The position numbers and the translations under genes are program-made. From the IMG/VR virus record IMGVR_UViG_3300031369_000002, positions 24,666 to 88,665 of that record: a stretch of 64,000 bases of DNA, one strand, 5' to 3'. Every line of letters starts with the position of its first letter. The stretch's first letter is position 1. The stretch is from a virus. The notes under the pieces are model-generated. The model ran no database searches, was not told the DNA's origin, and saw only the letters and a list, made by a program, of their open reading frames with translations. Of the stretch, positions 9,753 through 22,029 are shown in pieces.

Positions 9753-12700
9753 ATTATTTTTTATTTCTTCTAAAACTTCATCATCTAAACTGCAGTGATA
9801 ACATAAACCCTCATAATGCTTTACAACTCCACACTTAGGACACTTTAAAAGAGCCTCAGCAGAAGCATCTTTTTTAAACTTCTCTATAAATCTTTTATAT
9901 CTGGCTTCTAATATAGAGGCCTTATCTTTTCTATTAAAATAAGCCTCCAACAATATATAAAGATCAGCCATCTCAGCTTCCCATTTATCGCTAACCTTCA
10001 TATACTTATATTCATGATCGTATAAAAAAGAAACTTCTCGAACATGATCCATAATACCCAGCTTATTAAAATACTCCTTAGCATATATTTTAGCTATCTC
10101 AGCCACATATTGAAACTTTTCAAACATAAATATTCCTCCAAACGAAATAAAGGCGACCAACAAAAGGCCACCTTATTTTTTACAATCCCTACATGTTTTA
10201 GTTTTATCATCCCAGCATTTAGGACAAACCAACTTATCACAAGTAGGACAATAAATCATATCTTTTTTTATATGCATATTGATACACAAATCACAATTAC
10301 ACATATAAGTATAGCGTTTTTCTGGCTTTTCTTCCATAATAAAAACCTCCTCATAGATAAAAGGGAGACATAATCTCCCTAAGTTTACTTACCTTTTTTA
10401 TATTTATCTCGTCTTTTTTGGTGATAATCTTTCACTTTCTGATTACCTGGCTTAGTAGTATCACAAGGACAATCTTTTCCAGGCGGTAACCCACAAACAG
10501 GGCCACCTTTTAAAGTCTCACAATACCAATCACAGCCTATCTGAGTACACCTTTTAGATATCTCAGTCATTTAATTCCTCCTTTAAAAAGCGTTTAAATG
10601 AGTTTCAAAAGCTGTCTTAGCTTCCTCCTCTGTGCCTGTAAAAATAAAACAATGGTTAAGTCTATTAGAAGACACATAAGCAAAATCATCTTTTGTCTTT
10701 AGGGCTTCTACAAAACTTACAGGAAAAGTTTTTCTAATTCTTACAGTAGTATGCCCAGTGACATCATCATAACTAAAACTAACTTTTTTCTTCCACATAT
10801 CAACGCCTCCAAATATAATTTATCTTACATTCTTATTGTATAATATTCCTTGACATATGTCAAGCTTTTATTTAAAATAATTTATAAATATTAGGCTGTT
10901 TATAAAAGCATTCAAACTTAATATCATCTAAACTTATTCTAAATTGCATTCCATTTTTACAGATAAGCATTTCATTAGAATCATTAAAAGTAACTGAGTA
11001 ATAATTTCCTTCTTTATCAGTACCCCTATATAATCCATCATCTTCATAAGCTTTATTTATAGCCTGAATAAAATGCATTTAATCACTCCTTACAGCTCTT
11101 ACATGTTTTAGTTTTGCTATCCCAACAATCATCACAAACATTATGCAAACAAGGGTAACAATAGTTACCCTTTTCATTTTCTTTCAATATGATAAGCTTT
11201 TTGCAACAACCACAATGCACCATAACTCCAGCACAATTATAACTGTTAACACTGAAAAAAGAAGGTCCTTTATCTTTCTTTTTTCCAAACATTTAAAACA
11301 ACTCCTACTCTTTTATGTAAAATTCACACTATCAAACGAAACATTACAGATTTCATTTTCCCCAGGTTTTATAATAAACACTCCCCCAGTTAAGCCCTTA
11401 TTTAGCCACTTAATTCCGTCCTGTATAGCTGCATGATTAACATCATTTAAATTTACCTTATACTCATATAAATCTCCAAAACTTAAAAGGTATACAGGCT
11501 TATCCCCATACAAATCTTTATCTATATCAACAGTACATAAAACGCTTTTAGTTTCAAATACGCTGATATCATCCTCATATTTCACACAAACACGCATAAT
11601 TCTCAGCCTCCTTCCTTATCTACATTTATTGCATAAACCATTAGAATAACAGTTAATACAAACCATATTTCCGCATTTAGTACAGGTATAGAGCCTAAAT
11701 ACATAGGCTCCACAACCAGCACAAACTAACACTCCAGTCATACTTTATCCCTCCTAAAAACTATCTGATTTCTGTAATCTCCCATGTACGACCACATTTA
11801 TTACATTGATGATAAACTACGACTTTCTTTCTTCTCTGATTATTAATAACTATTTCCTCCGTAGATTTTACGGCCGATATTTTATGCCTACTATCACAAT
11901 TACATTCTTTCATAAATAAACATATCCTCCCTTTACAAGTTTTATACTAAATTCATTATGACAGTTATAACAGATGGAATCATAAAACACATTCCCACCT
12001 CTATAAACAGAGATAACAAATTGATTAGTATTACATTTAAGACACTTAGGCTCCTCCATAAGAACCTCCTACAAATTTTCTAAAAAAGCAGCTAACACCA
12101 TTAGCCAGCCACTTACACGATTTATAATTTTCATTAAATAACCTCCATATTAGGCTTTATTATAATTCCATTTATGACCGCATTTAGTACATTCCAAAGG
12201 GATAGAATCCACTGGTCCAACAGGAGCAGTGAAATAAACTTTTTCTCCACACATAGGACAAACCGCCACAGAAATAGCCATAAGACACACCACCTTTCCT
12301 TTAAAAATTACCTTTCTCATCACAACTAATAATAAACTCATGTTGACATTTAATACATACAACTTTAATATGCCAACCATCAAACATCTTTACAGGCTCA
12401 GCACCTACAGCAGGTACTAAGAGGCCACCACAGCCAACTGCTCTACATACTTCCATTTCTTAGCTTCCTCTCTAATTTTCAGCAAATAAATCAATGCCAA
12501 GAAGTTGTCCATCTCTTTTACTTTTATCACAATAATCTCGATACTTACCCTCTATTCTACCAAAGACTACAGTAACAGCATGATGCAGCTTAGTTTTATT
12601 TAAATAGTTGTCTAAATAAATAACCCATATTTCACTATCAAAAGTAGCCTCTAGTAAATCAAGAGTAGAATCATCAATAAGCTTTTCACTTATTAACACA

Positions 12701-13771
12701 TTCATTTTATCATTAAACTTAAACACATAAGCATAAGTTGATTTCTTAGCTTTAAGCCAACTAGATAAAATAACATGTCTTACTAAACCTTTACTACTAT
12801 TTTTAAGCTCTCTCATAATATCACCTCAGATATTATACCTAAAAATAATTAAAAAAGCCTGTTAATCTTCTAATAAATTTAAAGTATGTCTAACAGCTTC
12901 ATAATGAGTAAAAGGCTCTTTCCTTTCTTTTCGATCAGTGACAAAACCCATAAACAAACTTTTAAATTTATTTATATCAGTCTTAAATAACCTTCTACTT
13001 CCTCTATAATAAGACTTACCAACTTCTATAGCATAATCTACAGCGGACCAGTTAACACCCTCTTTAGACTTATACTTCAAAGGTTCTCCTCTATCTCTTC
13101 TTTTCTTATTTCCTCTACTCATAACCATTCCTCCTATAAATATTATTTATTCATATAGCCAACTTGCCATCTATTAAGCCAAACCAATAAACAGCCATCA
13201 ACTAACACCATCTTATCAATAGCAGCAGCAGCCACATAAATATCACCCTGCAAAGCTGTTTTAGTTTTAACCTCATCAGAGTAACAAATAACTAAACCCT
13301 TCCCATCTAAGATCACTTTATCATGAGAAGTATATGACTTACTCTGATTACCAAAATAACAAGTTACGCTCTTAATATTAATACTCTCCATAAAATTCCC
13401 CTTTCACGCACTAAAGGATATTCCTTTAGGGAATACCCTCAACGCTGTTTAATTAATTAATATTGCCAATTACAAATATGATTATACACATATTATATAA
13501 ACAGCCCATACACTTGTCAAGTCTCATCTACCCAATAAGAAGCTATACTATCATCATCAGCTAACTTATTCAAAATTCTTTTGTATCTAAAAACACTAAT
13601 CTGATGTTTAAAATACATATCATATAAGCTCTGGGTAGTATGATACATATAATTTTCTACTATTAACATTTTAATAAAATAATGCTTGAGATATACCCAA
13701 ATGACAAGCCCTAGACTTAGGGCCACAGAACAAAACCCTATAAATAGAATTAATTTAACAATTTTAATCAT
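9747..13771 (-). other. Cluster of small hypothetical genes, many with CxxC zinc-ribbon motifs (including several <60 aa ORFs not in the track)
   Basis: Densely packed minus-strand ORFs with RBSs (9747,10385,10583,10872,11083,11313,12150,12472,12862,13143,13517). Confidence 0.75.
10819..10865 (-). promoter_or_regulatory. Class I promoter with perfect palindrome CTTGACATATGTCAAG
   Basis: TTGACA(10858-63)-17-TACAAT(10835-40). Confidence 0.85.
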
Positions 13772-13782
13772 CTCCTTACACC

Positions 13783-13887
13783 AAAAAAGATTATACCCCA
13801 GACAGTATAATCTTTAACAAATTTAGAAGGCTTTTTAGTTCTTCCCCTCATAACCATTATACCTTAAAAACTAAAAGATAACAAGTT
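13783..13887 (-). ncRNA. candidate sRNA/attenuator (~70 nt) from a class II promoter
   Basis: AACTTG-20-TATAAT(13856-61); terminator AAAGAUUAUAC...GUAUAAUCUUU UUU (13786-13815). Confidence 0.45.
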
Positions 13888-13902
13888 ACAAAGAAATTAT
13901 TC

Positions 13903-14292
13903 TCAGCTTCCTTGCTTATCTTTCTTTTGCCAGGATTTAAACTCTTCTATCTTTTCAGCTAAAGTAAACCCATTACCATCGAAACAGATTGCCCTATCAT
14001 CTATAGTCAAATAAGCTGCCTTCTTATGTGCTGATATTTCATCATAATAAATATTATGCTCAGTACAATAATCCTTAATAGCTTGTATACCTTCCTTATG
14101 AGTACACCTTGAGGAATAAATAACTATCTCATACCTTCCACTATCTTTTAACCCATCTATACACTCTTTCATGCCTTCAACAACAGGATCAGGAGCCATA
14201 TCAACTCCATGCCAGCCACTAGTATAAGAATGTATAACTCCATCAAAATCAAACAACAATCTTAATTTATTCATTTCTTTTTTAGTCTCCAT
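13903..14292 (-). CDS. HAD-superfamily phosphatase-like protein
   Basis: LFDFDGVIH motif I, IYSSR motif II, TIDDRA motif IV. Confidence 0.8.
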   Translation of the reverse strand: METKKEMNKLRLLFDFDGVIHSYTSGWHGVDMAPDPVVEGMKECIDGLKDSGRYEIVIYSSRCTHKEGIQAIKDYCTEHNIYYDEISAHKKAAYLTIDDRAICFDGNGFTLAEKIEEFKSWQKKDKQGS

Positions 14293-14330
14293 AAAGACCT
14301 CCTATAAAATAATATTCTTAGCTTCCTTAG

Positions 14331-14491
14331 ATAAAGAAATAGCAGGATGTTTATCCCACTATTTCCCCCATTAATTACATTTAATTATTTGCTTTCAAAC
14401 ATGGATATAAAATATTAAATTAACATATATTATTATTTTAAGGTCATTACCTTAATAAAAAGAGATTACCACAGTTAATTACATGTGTCAA
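14331..14491 (-). ncRNA. candidate sRNA/leader (~125 nt)
   Basis: TTGACAcaTGTAA...-17-TAATCT (14463-14491); terminator-like hairpin 14336-14365; no ORF. Confidence 0.45.
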
Positions 14492-14507
14492 GCCTACACC
14501 TTTATAC

Positions 14508-14906
14508 TTACTTTAACCAAGCTTCTTGTAGCCAAACATTTTTAAAAACGCCCTCTTTAAAACATACTGTCATCTCAAAACCTTCCTCACCTTTTACATT
14601 AGGAGTCCCAGCTCTTAAAATAACATGGCATTCATCAGCAACACTTTTATCGACCACATAACAAACATTCCAGCTCTCCAATAACTGAATAAAGCTATCT
14701 TTATCCGCAATAGCAGTCCTAAAATTCTCTGTGCTGCCAAGCATAAACTTTTCTATGTATTCCCTATCCGTAGGAATGGGATAACTACAATATTTAGTAC
14801 AATAAGGAGCCATATTTTTAATATTTTCCTTATCCTTTTGGCTTAATATAACCATAATAGGCTCCTCTTCACTATCATAAATCGTATTTCCTATCTTAAC
14901 TTTCAT
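14508..14906 (-). CDS. two-domain hypothetical protein; C-terminal domain paralogous to the 19073 ORF
   Basis: FIQLLESWNVCY...VKGEEGFEMTVCFKEGVF versus FIALLNNWGVAY...VEGYTCFETVVYFVDGKF. Confidence 0.7.
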   Translation of the reverse strand: MKVKIGNTIYDSEEEPIMVILSQKDKENIKNMAPYCTKYCSYPIPTDREYIEKFMLGSTENFRTAIADKDSFIQLLESWNVCYVVDKSVADECHVILRAGTPNVKGEEGFEMTVCFKEGVFKNVWLQEAWLK

Positions 14907-15016
14907 TTCTTAGCCTCCTCTATTTGTCAATTATATTATATTTTTTATGTTGTCTTGTCTCCTCGCAATGAAAAAATCCCAGGGATTAGTAAAAACCTAG
15001 TCAGCAAAACACTACA

Positions 15017-16274
15017 TTATATACAAACCTCAACTTTTTTTAAATTTCCAGGAATACTTACAGTCAAACCACAAAGTAGACAGTTAATATTTGTATACAT
15101 AGATTTTTCATAAGACACCTTAGAACTCTCTACTTTAGAAGGTATAACCTCCTTTTTCTCTATAAAAAGTTTATGTCTAGTATTGCACTGAGGACATACA
15201 AAAGTCATATTACTATTAGACTCATCAATTCTAATTTCACCTGTTATCAAAAATAATAAAAACTTACTTATAGAATAGCCAGTTACTTTCTCGAACTCTT
15301 CCACATCTCTTCTTAAACCTTCAATAGTAAACTCATCTATTAAGGCTTTTCTTTTACCATCATCTTTTAAAGCCTCCTTAAAATCGTTTAATAACTTTTC
15401 TTTTTCATCCATAAATATCTCCTCCTATAATACACTCATTTTTTACCTTTTAAACACCTTTTATTTTACCTTATTAATAATATAACACCCTTACCTATTA
15501 GATTAATTTAAACCATAATTTTAGGTTAATTTTAGGCTGATTTTACCCAAAAACCATTGAGCTGTCTTAAAGTAAAATTAATGTTTATTCAAGTTATCAT
15601 AAAATAAATTAATAATCATGTCTTACAAATAATTCTCTACATTCTGTACAATACTCCATTGCTATAGAGACACCTATGCTTCTCTTATAATTCACACCGA
15701 CCTTACTAACCCTTAAATCCTTATATTTATTGGTATACAAAGGAGTCTTACACTCTGGACATTCTTTCAGCCAATAACTCTTAGACCTGTATATCTTGCC
15801 CCTCGTTATAGCAGTAAACTTCTCCATACTGCACACGACCTTTCTATCTTAGTATTTAATTAAAGCAACCATTTAATCCTTTTTAAGTATTTTCTATAGC
15901 ACCATACTTTTAATTGCATACAGTTAATACAATAAATATACCCATCCCCTTTATTGACCTCATTACACTTAGCTATTAACCAATAAACATATAACCTTAT
16001 TCGTATGTACTTAAAGCGTCTTTTTATTTTTCTCTTACAATTATTTATTCTCATTCTTATTACTCTCAAAATATAAGTTATGCTCATCCTTAAAAGATAG
16101 TTTATTAAATAGCTCCTCAGTTACATACAACATAGAATCTCCTACAGTAGTACCATTAACGTCCATCTTAACATATAATCTGAAGCTTGCAGGTAAAGCC
16201 TCTTTCTTATATATCCTAAATTTAATCTCTGACATAACAACACTCCTTTTTATCTTAGCATTTAAAATCATCAT
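15017..16274 (-). other. small hypothetical genes (two zinc-ribbon proteins and others)
   Basis: ORFs 15017-15412 (CPQC/CLLC), 15609-15836 (CPEC/CTEC), 15860-16087, 16041-16274. Confidence 0.65.
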
Positions 16275-16851
16275 CCAAAAGAGTCATAGCATAAGGAAAG
16301 CCCTCCCAGTTATCCACTCCCGCATTTTCTAAAGCATTAAGCGTGGCCTCAGACTTTCTTAAACCCTTAACTTCCTTTTCTAACCTCTCTATCCACTCCA
16401 TATGAGTGAATTTAGCATTTAAAAGCTCTTTATTATTAGACCTTAACACCAGATTATCCTCTCTTACTTTTTGATAGCTTTCTATTAAAGCCTCATCTAA
16501 AACAGTTAAGTCTTTAAGCTCTAATACTATCTGAATAAACATGGCATCCTTTAATTTTTGAAATATATTTAATTCAGCAAAAGGAACCAAACAAGCATGT
16601 TGTTTCTTTTCTCGATCAGTGACAGGAGAATACTCCCAACCATCTTTTAATTTGGCCTCCATCCACACATCATGGGCCTCATAAACAGTAATCTTAGGAT
16701 TATCTAAAACCTCTTCCACAGTATATATTACCTGACTCTTTCTTTCCTCAGACAAATTATCATAAGTCTCAATACAATCCTCACTATTATAAATACGTAT
16801 AACCTGTAACAAATTAAAAGCTATCTTTGCTATATATTCTTTATCCATCAA
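16255..16851 (-). CDS. RyR-domain protein
   Basis: HDVWMEAKLKDGWEYSPVTDREKKQHACLVPFAEL...QKLKD RyR repeat; C-terminal LENAGVDNWEG phage motif. Confidence 0.8.
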   Translation of the reverse strand: MMDKEYIAKIAFNLLQVIRIYNSEDCIETYDNLSEERKSQVIYTVEEVLDNPKITVYEAHDVWMEAKLKDGWEYSPVTDREKKQHACLVPFAELNIFQKLKDAMFIQIVLELKDLTVLDEALIESYQKVREDNLVLRSNNKELLNAKFTHMEWIERLEKEVKGLRKSEATLNALENAGVDNWEGFPYAMTLLDDDFKC

Positions 16852-17631
16852 TAAAATTTCCCCTTATACTTTATATTTTGTGTAGCGGTAATAATACTAT
16901 TACCCTTACCACAATTAATCTGTCCTATATTATTTTTATGATTGACGACTACTTTTCCATCTTCCATAGTTTCATTGATATTATCTATAATCTCATCAAC
17001 TAAAATAATCTCAGACTTAAGCTCTGCAATTTCCAGAGCTTCATTTACAGTCTTTAACATACTTATAATTTCTCTCTTCATTTCATCTTTTTTAACCATT
17101 TTAGCACTCCTTTTATTTAATTTTTCTATCACACAGAGGACAATAATAACTTCCCTCTTTTAAGAGCATACAACTATTATGGATATTTGCCCCACAATCA
17201 CAGATTCCAAAAACAGTATCATGCAATAGACCATCACAAGCATTACATATTAAAAATCCATCTTTATCAAACATATCCATATTAAAGCTCCTTTCTATCT
17301 TAACATTTTAAAACCCTAATTCTTTCTTAAAACAGGATATACAAAACTCTGCAAACTGATCCTCGTCTAAATCATCTTTTAAATAAGCTTTATAATACAA
17401 ACAATTATCTAAAAAATCAAAGTCGTTATCAGTTAAAATCTCTTTAATACATTTAGATACTACAAGCTCATTAAAGAAACTTGACTCCTTTAATAACCAC
17501 TCAAAAAACTTTTTATTATTCTTCTCAGCTTCACTCTCTACGATATATTTTTTACACTCAGGACACCATTTCATAGGTTTATTCTCTAAAACAGTATCAC
17601 AAGCAGAACAAACCTTTTTATCCTTATTCAT
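16848..17631 (-). other. small hypothetical genes
   Basis: ORFs 16848-17132 and 17308-17631 (CSAC/CPEC), plus short Cys ORFs. Confidence 0.6.
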
Positions 17632-17777
17632 TTAATCATCCCTTTCCATAACTTCCCTTGCATAATCCTCAAACTCTGCCTCATCTGAAATATAAGTCTG
17701 ACATACAGGACACCAGCCACTGCCATCATCAATAATAAAGTCACAATAAGGACACTCTTCACTAAAAAAATCCATGT

Positions 17778-18623
17778 TTAAACACCTCCTCTTAATATTT
17801 TCTCCATTAAATCGACTATACCTATAGCTTTAGCAAACTCATAACTTTTAGGCTCTAAAAATTCAAGTCTATCAATCTTATTAGGTCTTTTCTCAAAATG
17901 TATTCCATACAGGCAAAACTTACAGCCTGTACGAAGTTCATACTTATAAATATCACATAATTTTATATTATGGTACATGATATATTTATTGACTAATTCA
18001 TCAGACCATAATCTTAATGGAACACATTTATTAGGCATTATACAGGTATTGTATTTTTGCTTTCTTAAAATACTCTCACTTATACGCTCCCCAGTAAAAT
18101 AATAATGCCCTAATCTTTTTAATGGAGCTTTTTTTAAATGATAACAACACTTATCACTAATTTTTATATTTGTATCCAACAGCCATCTCCATTTATTAGA
18201 TATTCTAAAATTACCGTTCCCTAATCTAATATCCTTTGTCTTTTGACAACACTTAGGATTCCTAACATCTGATATATATCTGGATTGCTCTTTTGATATA
18301 ATAGGATAACCATAATCTTTTATTACACCTACAAAGGATTTTTTAGGTTTTACTATTTCAACATTATCAAAACTTTTAACAAAATCAACTATAGAATTAT
18401 ACTCAACGCCAGTATTACAAAAGATAGGCTTTATTCCTGTCAACACACTATCAATTAAATGCTTTAATACTGTACTATCCTTACCACCACTAAAACTCAA
18501 TGCTATATCATCTTTCCCCATAAAGGCTATAACACTAAATATCTTTATTTGTGCTTTTTCTATCAACATTTTTTCATAATCAGTAAACACTTGCTTAAAC
18601 CTCCTATCCTTTTTCTCTATCAA
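17778..18623 (-). CDS. phosphoadenosine phosphosulfate reductase family protein
   Basis: SFSGGKDS PP-loop, FCNTGVEY, CCYHLKK, RTGCKFC. Confidence 0.88.
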   Translation of the reverse strand: MIEKKDRRFKQVFTDYEKMLIEKAQIKIFSVIAFMGKDDIALSFSGGKDSTVLKHLIDSVLTGIKPIFCNTGVEYNSIVDFVKSFDNVEIVKPKKSFVGVIKDYGYPIISKEQSRYISDVRNPKCCQKTKDIRLGNGNFRISNKWRWLLDTNIKISDKCCYHLKKAPLKRLGHYYFTGERISESILRKQKYNTCIMPNKCVPLRLWSDELVNKYIMYHNIKLCDIYKYELRTGCKFCLYGIHFEKRPNKIDRLEFLEPKSYEFAKAIGIVDLMEKILRGGV

Positions 18624-18694
18624 TAGGTAAAGGTTCAGTAGTTTCTTTAGGCTTCTCAGGAATATAATTTTCTCCTTCTACCATAACACCCCTC

Positions 18695-20028
18695 CTAAAA
18701 TATAAGATGAGGACAACTAAAAGCCGCCTCTACTTCAATTAATATAATAAAATCACCTGACTGTATACCAGGTAAAATCTCATTAATTTTTTTAACTGTA
18801 ACCTCAGCGGCAATACTTACCATATCACTACAAGAGGTATTATAATAACCCTCTGAGTAATACTTACCGCTCCTTTTAAAGTAAGTTAATTTCACTCTAT
18901 ACATTTCCTTTTTCTCCCCTTTACAGCAATGACAATGCATATATTTTTTTATATATTCACAATAATAAGTCAATTCTCCGCATTTTTCACATCCACCAGA
19001 AAAACACCTATTATCAGCTAAAGAAATACTCTTGGGTATACTTAATATTTTAAAGCAATCAGCCATAAACACCTACTCCCATAATCCAAACTTTACAAAC
19101 TTGCCATCCACAAAATAGACCACAGTCTCAAAACATGTATAGCCTTCAACCTTTTTAGTATCAGCCGATAAAACCACATTTTCTCCTTCTTTACTATAGG
19201 CTACACCCCAATTATTCAACAATGCTATAAACTTATCAAAATCAGACAAGACCAACACCTCCTTTAATATTATACCTACCATTAAACAAAAAAGCATGTA
19301 CAATTTAAAAATTATACATGCTATAACTATTAAATTAATCCTGACCAATTATTATAAGTTCTACCATTATCATTAGCGAATAATATATAACAGTTTAACT
19401 CAGTATCCCATATAAATTTAGAATTAAAGTAACCCTGACCAGTCTTTAAAGTGCCAGTTATACATTTAAAGTCTGGCACCTTTTTAGTCACCTTATATCT
19501 AGCCTCTAAATAATCCACCAGATCATATACATCATCTAAGAATATACCTCTGGATAAATTTTGTATTCTCTTATCATCAGCAAAAAACTTTCTCTCAACC
19601 CTATTCTCACACACCATTACTTTTAGTTCTTTCATTCCCATTCCCTCCTTATCACACCATTAACCTATACACTCAGCAAACCCTTTAATAGCTGCCTGAA
19701 ACAAATCTCTTTCTAAATCTTCAAAGCTTTCTATTTCAGTACACTTAAATGTTCTTTTTAACTTCACTAAATCACCTTTAACACCACTTTTAACAGTCTT
19801 TACAGTGTTATCAGAATAATCTGATAACTTAGTATATCTCCAAGAAGAATCAATCTTTTTTTGAGCTTTTACCCATTTTCTATAGGCTTGCTTTTCATGC
19901 AAAGCCTTTTTAGAAATATGCCGAAAACACTTAACTTTATCACCTTTTATCTCTTTTATGGTCCAGGGTAAAAATAAACCCCTGACCTTACTTTCTAAAA
20001 CTAAATCACCTTTATTAAAATCACTCAT
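18695..20028 (-). other. small hypothetical genes
   Basis: ORFs 18695-19072, 19073-~19250 (true start TTG after AAGGAGG), 19330-19641, 19660-20028. Confidence 0.65.
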
Positions 20029-20053
20029 ACAATAATTCCTCCTCCTAAAAATT

Positions 20054-20100
20054 TTTATCTTATGATTTAATTATACACCTATCCTTGACACATGTCAAGC
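20054..20100 (-). promoter_or_regulatory. Class I promoter preceded by a terminator
   Basis: TTGACA(20093-98)tgTGTCAAG...-17-TATAAT(20070-75); terminator hairpin about 20110-20141. Confidence 0.85.
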
Positions 20101-20151
20101 TTTAATATAAAAAGAGAGGATAATTAAATAACCTCTCTTTTCTCAGCTTCC

Positions 20152-20646
20152 TTAATCATACATGGATTTTACAAACCTGTTAGTCTTAGCACAAATAACT
20201 TGCAATGTGCTAGGCTCAAATTTATAATCCCTTAAAAGCAAACCATCTTTTAATTTAGTGACCTCCATTACATAATCATAACTATCCTTGAAAAAATACT
20301 TATTTATATAACTTTCTACAGAATATAAAACCGTCCAATCATGACTGCTAAAAACATCACTTAAAGGCAAATCATTACCTGCATTTTTAAGGACCGTATC
20401 AAAAGAGGCAAACTCATCATTATAGATAATTAAAGAAATTAACTGGTACCTATCCTCATACAAATAATATTTATTGGTGTCTACCTCTTTAATTTTCTCC
20501 TCTATTTTAACCTTTTCCCGCACTTTAATAACCGTTTTTGGTTTTAAACAAGTAGACACTAGCCAAAGGTTAAAAAGCACTATGCCTACTAAAACAATGA
20601 AATAAATTAATATAATTTTTATATGTAACCTCAACCATTTAATCAT
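20152..20646 (-). CDS. membrane-anchored hypothetical protein
   Basis: N-terminal transmembrane helix. Confidence 0.7.
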   Translation of the reverse strand: MIKWLRLHIKIILIYFIVLVGIVLFNLWLVSTCLKPKTVIKVREKVKIEEKIKEVDTNKYYLYEDRYQLISLIIYNDEFASFDTVLKNAGNDLPLSDVFSSHDWTVLYSVESYINKYFFKDSYDYVMEVTKLKDGLLLRDYKFEPSTLQVICAKTNRFVKSMYD

Positions 20647-21506
20647 TATGAATCCCCTTTAAGATTATATTTTTCTACCAGTTCTAAAAGCCTGGTATCT
20701 AACTTAGCCTTATTTTTTTCACCACTATAAATCACTAAATAGTAGTTGGTCTCATCTATATTACTAAGAGCATTATAACTATCCCAATAATGCTCTTTTA
20801 TCAGAACAGCGTAAGTATTACTTAATGTAAAATTAGGCTTGCATTCTTCTTCCTCAGGAGTTTCAGTGTCTCCATTATTTGAGTACTCATAATAATATTC
20901 AAATCCACAATGAAGATCATCACCATATAATATAGTATCCTCCTGCAATTTCCCTTCTTCTCCTGCCCATGAGTGCTTTCTTGTATAATCTACAAGAGTC
21001 ATTCTTTTAGCAAATTCCTCATAATCAGTTATAAATTCAACTTCTATATCCATAATAGATAAATCTATATTATCCACTACGGCATGTATAAAATTTTCAT
21101 CTTCTATATTAGAAGCTCTGATAATTTTCTCTGTCAATCTGGCTTTCTTTTCTGTCTCCGTTAAAGCCAGATAATTATTATATTCCTCTTCCTTCTCAGA
21201 CACATAATCTCTCCATCTATGAGAGACATAGATATAATCTTTATCAACATAATCGATATAATATCTATGAACCTCATCCTCAGACACATAAACATTCCTG
21301 CCTCTGGCAAGAGGTAAAGGATACTCAGGTTTATAAATCTTGATAAACTCAGATTTATGATCTCTAAAGGTATCAGAGACAAACTCCAACACATCCTTTT
21401 CAAAGATCGCATTTATTTCTATAACATCAAGACCAGTTAACTGGCCTATAATTTCTTTTTGTAAAATTTTCATACTATTATCCTCCTTAAAAGTACTCCA
21501 CCACAA
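20646..21506 (-). CDS. hypothetical acidic protein
   Basis: Long ORF; probable start at MKILQ after AAGGAGG. Confidence 0.75.
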   Translation of the reverse strand: MWWSTFKEDNSMKILQKEIIGQLTGLDVIEINAIFEKDVLEFVSDTFRDHKSEFIKIYKPEYPLPLARGRNVYVSEDEVHRYYIDYVDKDYIYVSHRWRDYVSEKEEEYNNYLALTETEKKARLTEKIIRASNIEDENFIHAVVDNIDLSIMDIEVEFITDYEEFAKRMTLVDYTRKHSWAGEEGKLQEDTILYGDDLHCGFEYYYEYSNNGDTETPEEEECKPNFTLSNTYAVLIKEHYWDSYNALSNIDETNYYLVIYSGEKNKAKLDTRLLELVEKYNLKGDS

Positions 21507-22029
21507 ATTTTAATTTAGTATCATCATAAAAAGCCCATACGTTACATAAAGTTTCTTTTGAAAACACTAACATATAAGACCCATCAAATTTACCTTTACT
21601 AGTAAAATAAATATAGTTAGCGTTAACAGTTTGAAAAATATTATATAATTCTAAATGAATAATATACGTTTTACTATGCTCAGGTTTCATTACAGGCTCT
21701 TGCTTATATCTAAGAACATCTAATAAATCCCTTAATTGAACCAAAGTTTCAAACTTATCACCAGCTACATTATCTTGGGCATCTTCTCTTTGCATTTCAA
21801 AAGACACCTCATGAGTATTAAAATACTCTATATCTTCCTCAGAGATATTCAATTCATCAATAATTTTATTGATAGACATACCCTGGGCTTTATAAATTCT
21901 AGCCAAAGAAGCTCTAGCAGCCTTATACTTTATCAACTCTTTAACTACAGCCCTTCTAGTAATACCCTCAGGCTCTTTAACACCATCTAAATTTTTATAT
22001 TCCTCTAACAAATCTTTATAATTTTTCAT
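21487..22029 (-). CDS. hypothetical early protein with possible HTH
   Basis: YKAQGMSINKIIDELNISEE; follows class I promoter 22055-22100. Confidence 0.65.
   Translation of the reverse strand: MKNYKDLLEEYKNLDGVKEPEGITRRAVVKELIKYKAARASLARIYKAQGMSINKIIDELNISEEDIEYFNTHEVSFEMQREDAQDNVAGDKFETLVQLRDLLDVLRYKQEPVMKPEHSKTYIIHLELYNIFQTVNANYIYFTSKGKFDGSYMLVFSKETLCNVWAFYDDTKLKFVVEYF

Noticed and set aside
13768-13851. 27-codon leaderless uORF running through the 13.8 kb terminator
   Set aside because: The ATG is only 4 nt after the -10 box, probably upstream of the TSS, and has no RBS
19073-19348. Track start for the 91-aa ORF
   Set aside because: The N-terminal part spans a class II promoter and RBS; the true start is the TTG near 19250
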